Positions 12,624 through 27,981 of a DNA stretch of 64,000 nucleotides are shown here, piece after piece. The stretch comes from Eledone cirrhosa (lineage: Eukaryota), in NCBI GenBank assembly GCA_964016885.1, contig OZ024743.1, positions 22,072,001-22,136,000 on the forward strand, written 5' to 3'. Numbering within the stretch: position 1 is the stretch's first letter; each line of letters starts with the position of its first letter. Below the pieces are notes generated by a model. It was not told the origin of the DNA and made no database searches. It worked only from the letters and a program-made list of their open reading frames with translations. A program made the translations under genes and the position numbers.

Positions 12624-12760
12624 ACAAAGGAATTGTGGTAAGGAACCAAATGGACCATAACGCACCAGAGTACTCAATACGTAGGGTAGTAGAGTGGGAA
12701 ATAGGAAAAAGTATGACCCCAACGGCAGAGCTCAAGCCGTTAGGGTCATACTTTTTCCTA
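12622..12760 (-). mobile_element. Short (TA)n-inserted element end with fold-back hairpin
   Basis: Homologous to 56563-56690 and 7899-8005; hairpin ataggaaaaagtatgaccccaacggc/gccgttagggtcatactttttcctat. Confidence 0.7.
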
Positions 12761-12826
12761 TATATATATATATATATGTGTGTGTATATATATATATTGT
12801 TTTACTTGGGAAGGGTCATATTTGTG

Positions 12827-13015
12827 TAATAATTGTTTCTACTTTAGGCACAAGGCCAGCAATTACCCAGTGCATTACTGGTACTTTATTTTATCGACCC
12901 CGTAAGGATGAAAGGCAAAGTCAACCTCGGCGGGATTTGAACTCAGATCGTAAAGGGACGTAGCTCTGCTGGAAAGCATGGCACCCGACCCTCTCCCGAT
13001 ACTTCCAATCCATTG
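12827..13015 (-). mobile_element. tRNA-derived SINE, young subfamily
   Basis: Reverse complement of 21722-21916; B box gagttcaaatcc; TSD ttgtgtaataat. Confidence 0.85.
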
Positions 13016-13169
13016 TGTAATAATATTGCCAGAATTAATAACATATCAAAAACCTCGCGAAACTAATTCATCGCTGTTATGTATATATATATGTATGTAT
13101 GTATATATATATATATATGTATGTATGTATATATATATGTATGTATGTATATATATATATATATATGTA

Positions 13170-13692
13170 TCATCATCATCATCATCATCATCAACGTTTA
13201 ACGTCCGTGTTCCACGCTTGCATGGGTTTGGACGGGGGTAGTCCCACTTGAGGCAAGAGTGATTGTCTTGCTCGCATAGGACTGTCTGGCAGGTTTTCTA
13301 CAGTTGGATGCCCTTCCTAACACCAACCACATTTACAGTGTGGGTCTGGGAGGTTTTTACCGTGTTGCCTACACGGCCACATTACAGCGTGGACTGTGTG
13401 TTTTTTTGTCGTGACACCTACACGATCTCATTTGTTTCGGCCTCGATGGCGCGGCACCAACATAACTTTACATAGAACGGGGTGGTGTGGATCGGGTGGG
13501 GGTGGTGGTGGTGGGACGGGGTGTATTTTGTTAGAGATGCCTACTGGCTGGAGGTCTTCTCTGTTACTGAGTACCGCCAAAGGTCTCGGTCCAGTGACAT
13601 TGTCTTGGAGAGGTGTAAGTGTGTGATGTCGGAGTTTATCAGCTCGTCCCAGGTTTTTCTAGGTCTGCCTATTCCGTGACTACCGTCTATCT
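13170..13692 (-). mobile_element. RTE LINE (family 1) 3' end with UTR and (GAT)n tail
   Basis: [26 protein letters not shown]...LWRYSV*; matches 50640-50780. Confidence 0.85.
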
Positions 13693-13695
13693 TTG

Positions 13696-13728
<33 letters not shown>

Positions 13729-13903
13729 ATATATATGTATGTATGTATGTATATATATATGTATGTATGTATGTATATATATATATATGTATGTATGTAT
13801 ATATATATATGTATGTATATATATATGTATGTATGTATGTATATATATATGTTTGTATGTATATATATATATATGTATGTATGTATATATATATGTATGT
13901 ATG

Positions 13904-13934
<31 letters not shown>

Positions 13935-14067
13935 ATATATATATATATATATGTATGTATATATATATGTATGTATGTATGTATATATATATGTATGTAT
14001 GTATATATATATGTATGTATGTATATATATATATGTATGTATGTATATATATATATATGTATGTATG

Positions 14068-14098
<31 letters not shown>

Positions 14099-14175
14099 AT
14101 ATATATGTATGTATGTATGTATATATATATGTATGTATGTATATATATATGTATGTATATATATATGTATGTATG

Positions 14176-14206
<31 letters not shown>

Positions 14207-14592
14207 ATATATATATGTATGTATGTATGTATATATATATGTATGTATGTATATATATATGTATGTATGTATATATATATGTATGTATGTATATATATAT
14301 ATATATATGTATGTATATATATATGTATGTATGTATATATATATGTATGTATGTATATATATATATGTATGTATATATATATGTATGTATGTATATATAT
14401 ATGTATGTATGTATATATATATATATGTATGTATGTATATATATTCATATATATACACAAATTATATGTATATATATATATATATGTATATGTATGCATA
14501 TATACCTTGTACATACTATATACATGTGTGTTTGTGTTTGTTTGTGTTTGTGTGTGTGTGTTTGTGTGTGTGTGTGTTTGTGTGTGTGTGTT

Positions 14593-14623
<31 letters not shown>

Positions 14624-14651
14624 TTGTGTGTGTGTGTTTGTGTGTGTGTGT
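13696..14651. repeat. Compound (TA)n/(TATG)n tract followed by (TG)n/(TTTG)n
   Basis: Direct reading; explains the spurious YI/CV ORFs. Confidence 0.95.
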
Positions 14652-14750
14652 TTAATCATTGATATACTTATTCCTTCAAAAGACATTTTACCATTCCAGA
14701 TAACTGGAAGTCTTCTGTATAAATTTAAGTTGTACATTAATGTTGTTTCT

Positions 14751-17700
14751 GATGTTGGTGGTGGTGGTGGTGGTGGTGGTGGCAGTATTGGTGTTGGTGT
14801 TGATGGTGGTGGTGGCAGTTATGGTGTTGGTGTTGATGGTGGTGGTGGCAGTTATGGTGTTGGTGTTGATGGTGGTGGTGGCGGTTATGGTGTTGGTGTT
14901 GGTGTTGATGGTGGTGGTGGTGGTTATGGTGTTGATGGTGTTGATGGTGGTGGTGGCAGTTATGGTGTTGGTGTTGATGGTGGTGGTGGCAGTTATGGTG
15001 TTGGTGTTGATGGTGGTGGTGGTGGTGGCAGTTATGGTGTTGATGGTGGTGGTGGTGGTGGCAGTTATGGTGTTGGTGTTGATGGTGGTGGTGGCAGTTA
15101 TGGTGTTGGTGTTGATGGTGGTGGTGGCGGTTATGGTGTTGGTGTTGATGGTGGTGGTGGCAGTTATGGTGTTGATGGTGGTGGTGGTGGTGGCGGTTAT
15201 GGTGTTGGTGTTGATGGTGGTGGTGGCAGTTATGGTGTTGGTGTTGATGGTGGTGGTGGCGGTTATGGTGTTGGTGTTGATGGTGGTGGTGGCAGTTATG
15301 GTGTTGGTGTTGATGGTGGTGGTGGCGGTTATGGTGTTGGTGGTGGTGGTGGTGGCAGTTATGGTGTTGGTGGTGGTGGTGGTGGTGGCAGTTATGGTGT
15401 TGGTGTTGATGGTGGTGGTGGCGGTTATGGTGTTGGTGTTGATGGTGGTGGTGGCAGTTATGGTGTTGGTGTTGATGGTGGTGGTGGCGGTTATGGTGTT
15501 GGTGGTGGTGGTGGTGGCAGTTATGGTGTTGGTGGTGGTGGTGGTGGTGGCAGTTATGGTGTTGGTGGTGGTGGTGGTGGTGGTGGCAGTTATGATGTTG
15601 GTGGTGGTGGTGGTGGTGGCAGTGATGGTGTTGATGGTGGTGGTGGTGGTGGCAGTTATGGTGTTGGTGTTGATGGTGGTGGTGGCAGTTATGGTGTTGA
15701 TGGTGGTGGTGGTGGTGGTGGTGGCAGTTATGGTGTTGGTGTTGATGGTGGTGGTGGTGGTGGTGGTGGTGGCAGTTATGGTGTTGGTGGTGGTGGTGGT
15801 GGCAGTGGCAGTTATGGTGTTGGTGTTGGTGTTGATGGTGGTGGTGGCAGTTATGGTGTTGATGGTGGTGGTGGTGGTGGCAGTTATGGTGTTGATGGTG
15901 GTGGTGGTGGTGGCAGTTATGGTGTTGGTGTTGATGGTGGTGGTGGTGGTGGCGGTTATGGCGTTGGTGTTGGTGTTGATGGTGGTGGTGGCAGTTATGG
16001 TGTTGATGGTGGTGGTGGTGGTGGCAGTTATGGTGTTGATGGTGGTGGTGGTGGTGGCAGTTATGGTGTTGATGGTGGTGGTGGTGGTGGTGGTGGCAGT
16101 TATGGTGTTGGTGTTGATGGTGGTGGTGGTGGTGGTGGTGGTGGCAGTTATGGTGTTGGTGGTGGTGGTGGTGGTGGCAGTTATGGTGTTGATGGTGGTG
16201 GTGGTGGCAGTTATGGTGTTGGTGGTGGTGGTGGTGGTGGCAGTTATGGTGTTGGTGTTGATGGTGGTGGTGGCAGTTATGGTGTTGATGGTGGTGGTGG
16301 TGGTGGCAGTTATGGTGTTGGTGTTGATGGTGGTGGTGGCGGTTATGGTGTTGGTGTTGATGGTGGTGGTGGCAGTTATGGTGTTGGTGTTGATGGTGGT
16401 GGTGGCGGTTATGGTGTTGATGGTGGTGGTGGTGGTGGCAGTTATGGTGTTGGTGTTGATGGTGGTGGTGGTGGTGGCAGTTATGGTGTTGGTGTTGATG
16501 GTGGTGGTGGCAGTTATGGTGTTGATGGTGGTGGTGGTGGCAGTTATGGTGTTGGTGTTGATGGTGGTGGTGGCGGTTATGGTGTTGGTGTTGATGGTGG
16601 TGGTGGTGGTTATGGTGTTGATGTTGATGGTGGTGGTGCAGTGATGGTGTTGATGGTGGTGGTGGTGGTGGTGGTGGCAGTTATGGTGTTGGTGTTGATG
16701 GTGGTGGTGGCGGTTATGGTGTTGGTGTTGATGGTGGTGGTGGCGGTTATGGTGTTGATGGTGGTGGTGGTGGTGGTGGCAGTATTGGTGTTGGTGTTGA
16801 TGGTGGTGGTGACAGTTATGGTGTTGGTGGTGGTGGTGGTGGTGGCAGTTATGGTGTTGATGGTGGGGGTGGTGGTGGCAGTTATGGTGTTGATGGTGGT
16901 GGTGGTGGTGGCAGTTATGGTGTTGGTGTTGATGGTGGTGGTGGTGGTGGCAGTTATGGTGTTGATGGTGGTGGTGGTGGTGGCAGTATTGGTGTTGGTG
17001 TGGATGGTGGGGGTGGCAGTTATGGTGTTGGTGTTGATGGTGGTGGTGGCAGTTATGGTGGTGGTGGTGGTGGCAGTTATGGTGTTGGTGTTGATGGTGG
17101 TGGTGGCAGTTATGGTGGTGGTGGTGGTGGCAGTTATGGTGTTGGTGTTGATGCTGGGGGTGGTGGTGGCAGTTATGGTGTTGATGGTGGTGGTGGCAGT
17201 TATGGTGGTGGTGGTGGTGGCAGTTATGGTGTTGGTGTTGATGGTGGTGGTGGTGGTAGCAGTTATGGTGTTAGTGTTGATGGTGGTGATGGTGGTGGTG
17301 GCAGTTATGGTGTTGATGGTGGTGGTGGTGGTGGCAGTATTGGTGTTGGTGTGGATGGTGGGGGTGGCAGTTATGGTGTTGGTGTTGATGGTGGTGGTGG
17401 TGGTAGCAGTTATGGTGTTGGTGTTGATGGTGGTGGTGGTGGTGGCAGTTATGGTGTTGATGGTGGTGGTGGTGGTGGCAGTATTGGTGTTGGTGTGGAT
17501 GGTGGGGGTGGCAGTTATGGTGTTGGTGTTGATGGTGGTGGTGGCAGTTATGGTGTTGATGTTGATGGTGGTGGTGGCAGTTATGGTGTTGATGGTGGGG
17601 GTGGCGGTTATGGTGTTGGTGTGGATGGTGGTGGTGGCAGTTATGGTGTTGGTGTTGATGGTGGTGGTGGCAGTTATGGTGTTGGTGTTGATGGTGGGGG

Positions 17701-20584
17701 TGGCAGTTATGGTGTTGGTGTTGGTGGTGGGAATGGCGGTTATGGTGTTGGTGTGGATGGTGGTGGTGGTGGCAGTTATGGTGTTTGTGTGGATGGTGGT
17801 GGTGGTGGCAGTTATGGTGTTGGTGGTGGTGGTGGCAGTTATGATGTTGGTGTTGGCAGTTATGATGTTGGTGGTGGCAGTTATGGTGTTGATGGTGGTG
17901 GTGGCAGTTATGGTGTTGGTGGTGGTGGTGGGGGTGGTGGCAGTTATGGTGTTTGTGTTGATGGTGGGGGTGGTGGCAGTTATGGTGTTTGTGTTGATGG
18001 TGGGGGTGGTGGCAGTTATGGTGTTGGTGTTGATGGTGGGGGTGGCAGTTATGGTGTTGGTGTTGATGGTGGTGGTGGTGGCAGTTATGGTGTTGGTGTG
18101 GATGGTGGTGGTGGCGGTTATGGTGGTGGTGGTGGCAGTTATGGTGTTTGTGTTGATGGTGGGGGTGGCAGTTATGTTGTTGGTGTTGATGGTGGTGGTG
18201 GTGGCAGTTATGGTGGTGGTGGTGGCAGTTATGGTGTTGGTGTTGATGGTGGTGGTGGCAGTTATGGTGTTGGTGTTGATGGTGGTGGTGGTGGCGGTTA
18301 TGGTGTTGGTGTTGATGGTGGGGGTGGCGGTTATGGTGTTGATGGTGGTGGTGGTGGCAGTTATGGTGTTGGTGTTGATGGTGGTGGCAGTTATGGTGTT
18401 GATGGTGGTGGCAGTTATGGTGTGGATGGTGGGGGTGGTGGTTATGGTGTTGGTGTTGATGGTGGTGGCAGTTATGGTGTGGATGGTGGTGGTGGCAGTT
18501 ATGGTGTTGATGGTGGTGGTGGTGGTGGCAGTTATGGTGTTGATGGTGGTGGTGGTGGTGGTTATGGTGTTGATGGTGGTGGTGGTGGCAGTATTGGTGT
18601 TGGTGTTGATGGTGGGGGTGGCGGTGGCAGTTATGGTGTTGATGGTTGTGGTGGCAGTTATGGTGTTGATGGTGGTGGTGGCAGTTATGGTGTTGATGGT
18701 GGTGGTGGCGGTTATGGTGTTGGTGTTGATGGTGGGGGTGTCGGTGGCAGTTATGGTGTTGATGGTGGTGGTGGTGGCAGTTATGGTGTTGGTGTTGATG
18801 GTGGGGGTGGCAGTGATGGTGTTGATGGTGGTGGTGGTGGCAGTTATGGTGTTGGTGTTGATGGTGGGGGTGGTGGTTATGGTGTTGGTGTGGATGGTGG
18901 TGGTGGTGGTTATGGTGTTGGTGTGGATGGTGGTGGTGGCCGTTATGGTGTTGGTGTTGATGGTGGTGGTGGCAGTTATGGTGTTGGTGTTGATGGTGGT
19001 GGTGGTGGCAGTTATGGTGTTGGTGTTGATGGTGGTGGTGGTGGCAGTTATGGTGTTGGTGTTGATGGTGGGGGTGGCGGTGACAGTTATGGTGTTGATG
19101 GTGGTGGCAGTTATGGTGTTGATGGTGGTGGTGGCAGTTATGGTGTTGATGGTGGTGGTGGTGGTGGCAGTTATGGTGTTGGTGGTGGTGGTGGTGGCAG
19201 TTATGGTGTTGGTGGTGGTGGTGGTGGCGGTTATGGTGTTGGTGTTGATGGTGGTGGTGGCAGTTATGGTGTTGGTGGTGGTGGTGGTGGTGGTGGTGGT
19301 GGCAGTTATGGTGTTGATGTTGATGGTGGCGGTGGCAGTTATGGTGTTGATGGTGGTGGTGGTGGTGGCGGTTATGGTGTTGATGGTGGTGGTGGTGGTG
19401 GCAGTTATGGTGTTGGTGTTGATGGTGGTGGTGGTAGTTATGGTGTTGATGGTGGTGGTGGCGGTTATGGTGTTGGTGTTGATGATGGTGGTGGTGGTGG
19501 CAGTTATGGTGTTGATGGTGGTGGTGGTGGCAGTTATGGTGTTGGTGTTCATGGTGGTGGTGGTGGTGGCAGTTATGGTGTTGATTGTGGTGGTGGTGGC
19601 AGTTATGGTGTTGATGGTGGTGGTGGTGGCAGTTATGGTGTTGGTGTTGATGGTGGTGGTGGCAGTTATGGTGTTGGTGTTGATGGTGGTGGTGGCAGTT
19701 ATGGTGTTGGTGTTGATGGTGGTGGTGGTGGTGGCAGTTATGGTGTTGATGGTGGTGGTGGTGGCAGTTATGGTGTTGGTGTTGATGGTGGTGGTGGCAG
19801 TTATGGTGTTGGTGTGGATAGTGGGGGTGGCGGTGGCAGTTATGGTGTTGATGGTGGTGGTGGCGGTTATGGTGTTGATGTGGATGGTGGGGTTGGTGGT
19901 AGCAGTTATGGTGTTGGTGTTGATGGTGGTGGTGGTGGTGGCAGTTATGGTGTTGGTGTTGATGGTGGTGGCAGTTATGTTGTTGATGGTGGTGGTGGTG
20001 GTGGTGGCAGTTATGTTGTTGATGGTGGTGGTGGTGGTGGTGGTGGTTATGGTGTTGGTGTTGATGGTGGTGGGGGCAGTTATGGTGTTGGTGGTGGTGG
20101 TGGTGGTGGTGGCAGTTATGGTGTTGATGTTGATGGTGGTGGTGACAGTTATGGTGTTGTTGGTGGTGGTGGTGGTGGTGGTGGCAGTTATGGTGTTGGT
20201 GTTGATGGTGGTGGTGGCGGTTATGGTGTTGATGGTGGTGGTGGTGGTGGCAGTTATGTTGTTGATGGTGGTGGTGGTGGTGGTGGCAGTTATGGTGTTG
20301 ATGTTGATGGTGGTGGTGACAGTTATGGTGTTGGTGGTGGTGGTGGTGGTGGTGGCAGTTATGGTGTTGGTGTTGATGGTGGTGGTGGTGGTGGCAGTTA
20401 TGTTGTTGTTTGTGGTGGTGGTGGTGGTAGTTATGGTGTTGATGTTGATGGTGGTGGTGGTGGTGGTGGTGGTGGTGGCAGTTATTGTGTTGGTGTTGAT
20501 GGTGGTTGTGGCAGCTATGGTGTTGGTGTTGATGGTGGGGTGGCGGTAGCAGTTATGGTGTTGGTATTAGTGTTGGTGGTGTGA
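14751..20584 (+). repeat. 5.8-kb (GGT)-derived minisatellite, unit (ggt)n ggc agt tat ggt gtt ggt gtt gat
   Basis: Direct reading; translates as GnSYGVGVD in one frame with a single 1-bp shift at ~16638. Confidence 0.95.
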
Positions 20585-20836
20585 TGGCAGTAACACTTAT
20601 CTCGCTGTATTTAATGTGTTGGCTATTTCATAACTCCATTTCAGTCTTGATGGTTCAGACGTCTGCTGATCTTCCTATATTTTTCCTATGTACAAGCAGC
20701 TGAGGACATTATCCAATGTGTTCCTTTTAAGACAATGTGGTGAGGGAGATGTAACAACTATTTCTTGCATGTTGAACAACCATGTAGAGGCTACCTTACT
20801 GTTTTATCATTTATGTCTTAGACGGACTGTCAACAT

Positions 20837-21045
20837 TTAACACTTTAGCATTTACATTACTCTATATATACTATTGTACTTTCATCGTCAAGGCTTTATC
20901 TCACATAATATTGAATCTATGAGATTTTGATATTATTTATTTTGAGAACAATACCTAACATCAGTATAAGTAACCAGTTATGGTAAGTTTGAACAGAAAG
21001 AGGTGAGAGAATTCTGGCCAGATACAGCTGGTTTAAATACCAAAC
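20837..21045. mobile_element. piggyBac-type MITE (family A), partial
   Basis: Reverse-complement homology to 24494-24711; starts ttaa cactttagc. Confidence 0.6.
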
Positions 21046-21721
21046 CACTGACACTGCTCTGGATATATTATAAAATCTGCACATTTAAACATATTTATAC
21101 TTAGATTAAATTCTTCTAACATAATTTAATTGAAGAAATGTTTGTTAAGCACTGTTTTAAATATTAACTTACTAATATTTAAAGAGTTGGTTATATTATT
21201 AAATTCTTCCTCTCTCCAGCCACAAATCCCAGTATTGCAGCCCACAATGCAGAGTAAATGAAGACAAATAAATACTGGGGATTGTCCTGCCACTTTCTCT
21301 TTGTACTGGTTACCATCGAGACCTCAGGCATACTCAGACCCCATACTGCTGTGCTCCTGCACAAAATCGAAACATCAGCTGCCTCTCTGAGGGAGGAGCC
21401 CCACAAGCGGCGGCTTTTGCAGCAGATGTTGCTGACCCTAAGAAATGCTTTTGCAATCTTGTCCGCAGGGCGCATCACCAACACTGCAATGCCCTAGGCT
21501 CAGAGACCATTTAGATAGCCAGTTGAATAACTATGTACGGGGGGTGCAGAGGAATTTTGGCTGTTAATTCTAACAAGTCAAGTTAAACCATCCTCTACAT
21601 CTCTTACTTGTTTAGTTCCAGGTCAGCTATGGTTTGGCAGATTTATGAACAAAGGCATTCCAGCTGAAACTATCCTGCTTTCCTTTTAGGGTTAAATAGG
21701 ACTACATTATCTATCTAAAAA

Positions 21722-21916
21722 GGCAGTGGATTGGCAGTATCGGTAGAGGGTCAGACGCCATGCTTTCCAGCATAGTTACGTCCCTTTACGATCTGAGTTC
21801 AAATCCTGCCAAGGTTGACTTTGCCTTTGCCTTTCATCCTTACGGGGTCGATAAAATAAAGTACCAGTAATGCACTGGGTAATTGCTGGCCTTGTGCCTA
21901 AAGTAGAAACAATTAT
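21722..21916 (+). mobile_element. tRNA-derived SINE, young full-length copy
   Basis: A box tggcagtatcgg, B box gagttcaaatcc, (att)n tail; several near-identical copies in the window. Confidence 0.9.
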
Positions 21917-22318
21917 CTATTTTATCTTTTCATATTTAAAATGGCAGGGTGTGATTTGAGGAAGATTTGGCTGCTGTTTCTAGAAGCTCAAGCAGCCATG
22001 TAGAGTCACCACCAATGTTGATATTTTAGGTACTTTTTCTACAACTATTGTTGATGTTGATAGTTAAGTGGCTGACCCTGAGAAAATTTCACATTTTAAT
22101 TAGAAACAACCACCAAGCATTAATGATCAATTTGGCATTAATATATATATAGGATCAAAAGTATATATATATATATATATACACATTTACAAATAATATA
22201 TTAATAAATGATTGAAATTCCCAAAATGGAATATTTTAGTCATATGTAATTTGCAGATAAACAATATTTTCCTTACAGTATATGTTTATAAAAAGAAAAT
22301 TTCGACACCACCATTGCC

Positions 22319-22352
22319 ACTCTCTCTCTCTCTCTCTCTCATCTCTCTCTCT

Positions 22353-22445
<93 letters not shown>
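22319..22445. repeat. (CT)n microsatellite
   Basis: Direct reading. Confidence 0.95.
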
Positions 22446-22573
22446 CCTCTCTCTCTCTATCTATCTATCTACCTTTCACATACACACTCTTACCATCCTC
22501 TTTTCACAGTGTGACCGAAGATTTAAAAAGTAATTTGTCTTTTGGTTCTCTCTCTCTCTCTCTCTCCCACTCA

Positions 22574-22604
<31 letters not shown>

Positions 22605-22685
22605 ATCCACGCCCAATCACACTCAATCTTACCAGCTCTTTCAATAAAAGTGTAAGATTAAAAAAAAAAATGGTGTTTGCCATCG

Positions 22686-23733
22686 CCACCACCACCACCA
22701 CCACCACCACCACCACCACCATGACCACCACCACCATCCCCACCACCATCACCACCACCATGACCACCACCATGACCACCACCTCCACAACTACCACCAC
22801 CACCACCACAACCACCACCATCACCACCATCAGCACCACCACCACACCACCACCACCAACACCACCAACACCACCAATACCACCAACACCACCAACTCAC
22901 CACCACCACCAACACCACCAACAACAACAACAACACCACCAGCACCACCACCACCACCACCACAACTTCCACCACCACGACGACCACCACCAACAACACC
23001 AGCACCAGCACCAATACCACCAACACCACCAACACCACCAACACCACCATCACCACCAACACCACCAACACCACCACCACCAACACCACCAACACCACCA
23101 GCACCAGCACCACCAACACCACCAACACCACCACCACCACCACCACCAACACCACCAATACCAGCACCAGCACCACCAACGCCACCACCACCACCAACAC
23201 CACCACCACCACCAACACCACCACCAACACCATCAACACCACCATCACCACCAACACCAACACCAACACCACCAACACCATCAACACCACCACCACCACC
23301 AACACCACCAACACCATCAACACCACCATCACCACCAACACCAACACCAACACCACCAACACCATCAACACCACCACCACCACCAACACCACCAACACCA
23401 TCAACACCACCATCACCACCAACACCAGCGCCAGCACCACCAACACCACCACCACCACCACCAACACCACCAACACCATCAACACCACCATCACCACCAA
23501 CACGAACACCAACACCACCAACAGCACCAACACCACCATCACCACCAACACCAGCACCAGCACCACCAACACCATCAACACCACCATCACCACCAACACC
23601 AACACCACCAACACCACCAACACCAGCACTAACACCAGCACCAACACCAGCACCAACACCACCAACACCACCAACAACACCACCAACACCACCAACACCA
23701 CCAACACCACCAACACTAACACCAGCACCACCA
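22686..23733. repeat. (CAC/CAA/CAT/CAG)n compound trinucleotide repeat
   Basis: Direct reading. Confidence 0.95.
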
Positions 23734-24042
23734 CTATTCCCTCTTTTTTACATACATTTTACCATCAATTTTTCCCAACAATTTACACAACAAATAATCT
23801 ATTATTAACACTTTAATATAAAAGATGTTGTGGATACTGCTGTTGTTGTTGTTGTGGTTGATGTAGATGTTGCTGGCGTTATTTTTGTTGTTTAGCCCCG
23901 GGCAGATCTAATGAACCAAACTGATGATCAAAAGTATTCCATTTTCTGCCTTATCTTCCTTTTTTTCAAACATAGTATATCTAGGAATACTTTATCTATT
24001 ATGGCCTTTCTTGATTTTTTTCTAAAGGTGACAGAAAGGGAT

Positions 24043-24339
24043 TTAACCCTTTAACATTTATATTACTCTCTATATATACTATTATATTTTTGTCTTAAAG
24101 GCTTTATCTTACATAATTATCTTACATAATATCAAATCTACAAGATTTTGATGTTATTTATTTTGTGAATACCTTATCATCAGTATGAGCAGCCGGTTAC
24201 AGCCAGTTTGAACAGCAAGAGCTAAGAGAATTCTGACCAGATTATTGCCATTCGATATTATGTGATATTATGTGAGGTAAAGTGTTTACCGTAAAAATAC
24301 AATATTAAATATAGAGTAATGTAAATGCTAATTGGTTAA
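24043..24339. mobile_element. piggyBac-type MITE (family A), rearranged
   Basis: TTAA-ccctt...ggTTAA; both ends derive from the same family terminus. Confidence 0.6.
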
Positions 24340-24493
24340 GCACACCTGTGGTAAAATTGTCCCAACTATGAAATCCAAGCTTTTTTTTTTAGGTGTACTG
24401 CTTCTCAAACCAGTGTTTCATTATTTTCCAAAACAGTATGGGTGTAATCTGAAGGAGATTTTAGCAGTTATTTTCAGCAGGTTGGTTCATAGT

Positions 24494-24711
24494 TTAACCC
24501 TTTAATGTTCAAACCGGCCAGCATTCTCTACCTCTTTCTGTTGAAACTGGCTGTAACTGGTCGCTCATATTGATGTTAAGGTATTGTTCTCAAAATAAAT
24601 ACTTTCAAAATCTCATAGATTCGATATTATGTGAGATAATTATGCGAGGTAAAGCCTTTACCATGAAAATATAATAGTATATATAGAGTAATGTGAATAC
24701 TAAAGAGTTAA
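24494..24711. mobile_element. piggyBac-type MITE (family A)
   Basis: TTAA ccctttaatgttc ... gaatactaaagag TTAA; related copy at 32929-33076. Confidence 0.7.
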
Positions 24712-25143
24712 GTGGTTTGTCATCACCTCAGCCAATTTGTGGCTTTACAGTAAAAGAAACACCTGAATTATCTACCAAGTTTTCATGAAATTAACCACAC
24801 AGGCTTGTGTGTAATCCACTTCATTACATAATCCAACCAACCATAAAAGTAGCTACAACATCATGAAACACAATTCTATTAAATTATTCAAATAATAATT
24901 CTTTCACGTTAGAAGTAGAAAAGTTAATTTTCTCTTGACTGAATATAAGGTTTAAATTGTTTTCCTAGAAATGGTGTACTGATTATTGTCATTATTGTTG
25001 TTGTTGCAGTTGATGGGTTGTTCCATTTGAGGCAAGTCAGATCAGGTGACCATGTCTTGCTCATACAGAACTGTTTCTGGCTTGGTTTCTACACCTGGAT
25101 GCCCTTCACTATTAACAGTATGTATATATATATATATATATAC

Positions 25144-25417
25144 AATAACAGGAGGCTGGACTTGTGTAAATCCTTGAAAGGGTTATTATACTATGATCAT
25201 ATCAATGACCGGGTTCCGTATGAATCCGGTGATATCATCAGGTATTCGAAATATAACAAAAGAATATAACAGATAAAATCCATGGGGCTGAAAATCATAG
25301 ACAAGAGAGCGACCGACCATCTAGCATCTTCTACTTTAGTCGGGCGACCGACTCATTGAAATGATCATAGTATAATAAACCTTTCAAGGATTTACACAAG
25401 TCCAGCCTCCTGTTATT
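25144..25417. repeat. ~65-bp-arm inverted repeat next to (TA)n with degenerate hammerhead on minus strand
   Basis: Arms 25144-25208 and 25353-25417; minus strand CTGATGA(25241-25235)...GGAAcccggTC. Confidence 0.8.
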
Positions 25418-25589
25418 TTATTATAATAATTAACTCCATACTCGCACCACCAACTACACAAACGAAGACGGGTGAGCTGCATTACGTTGAGTACTCTCCA
25501 TAATATTACATCGAGATTGACCATACGGAATGACCAATTCTATCCAGTGGTGAACCAACAAACCTAAATATATATATATATACATATAT

Positions 25590-27830
<2,241 letters not shown>

Positions 27831-27925
27831 ATAACAGTGACATAAACAAGTAGTTAAGTTTCGTTGGGTTCTGGGCCCCAACTCATTAAGCCTGTTATGA
27901 GAAAAATAAAAATAAAGATGGCCTA

Positions 27926-27981
<56 letters not shown>

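Noticed and set aside
13541-14662. Long YI/HT/CV-rich ORFs here and at other TA/TG tracts
   Set aside because: Translations of stop-free dinucleotide microsatellites
13719-20549. 2276-aa ORF and the Val/Met- or Thr-rich alternative frames
   Set aside because: They join unrelated simple repeats; the open frames follow from base composition
21191-21497. GC-richer ORFs on both strands
   Set aside because: No recognisable domain or splice context; probably an old TE fragment
21722-21916. tRNA gene
   Set aside because: A and B boxes are present, but no cloverleaf is evident and the shared body and tail identify a SINE
22511-23632. His/Gln-rich ORF as a cephalopod histidine-rich beak protein
   Set aside because: No GHGxY-type motifs or signal peptide; pure trinucleotide repeat preceded by (CT)n
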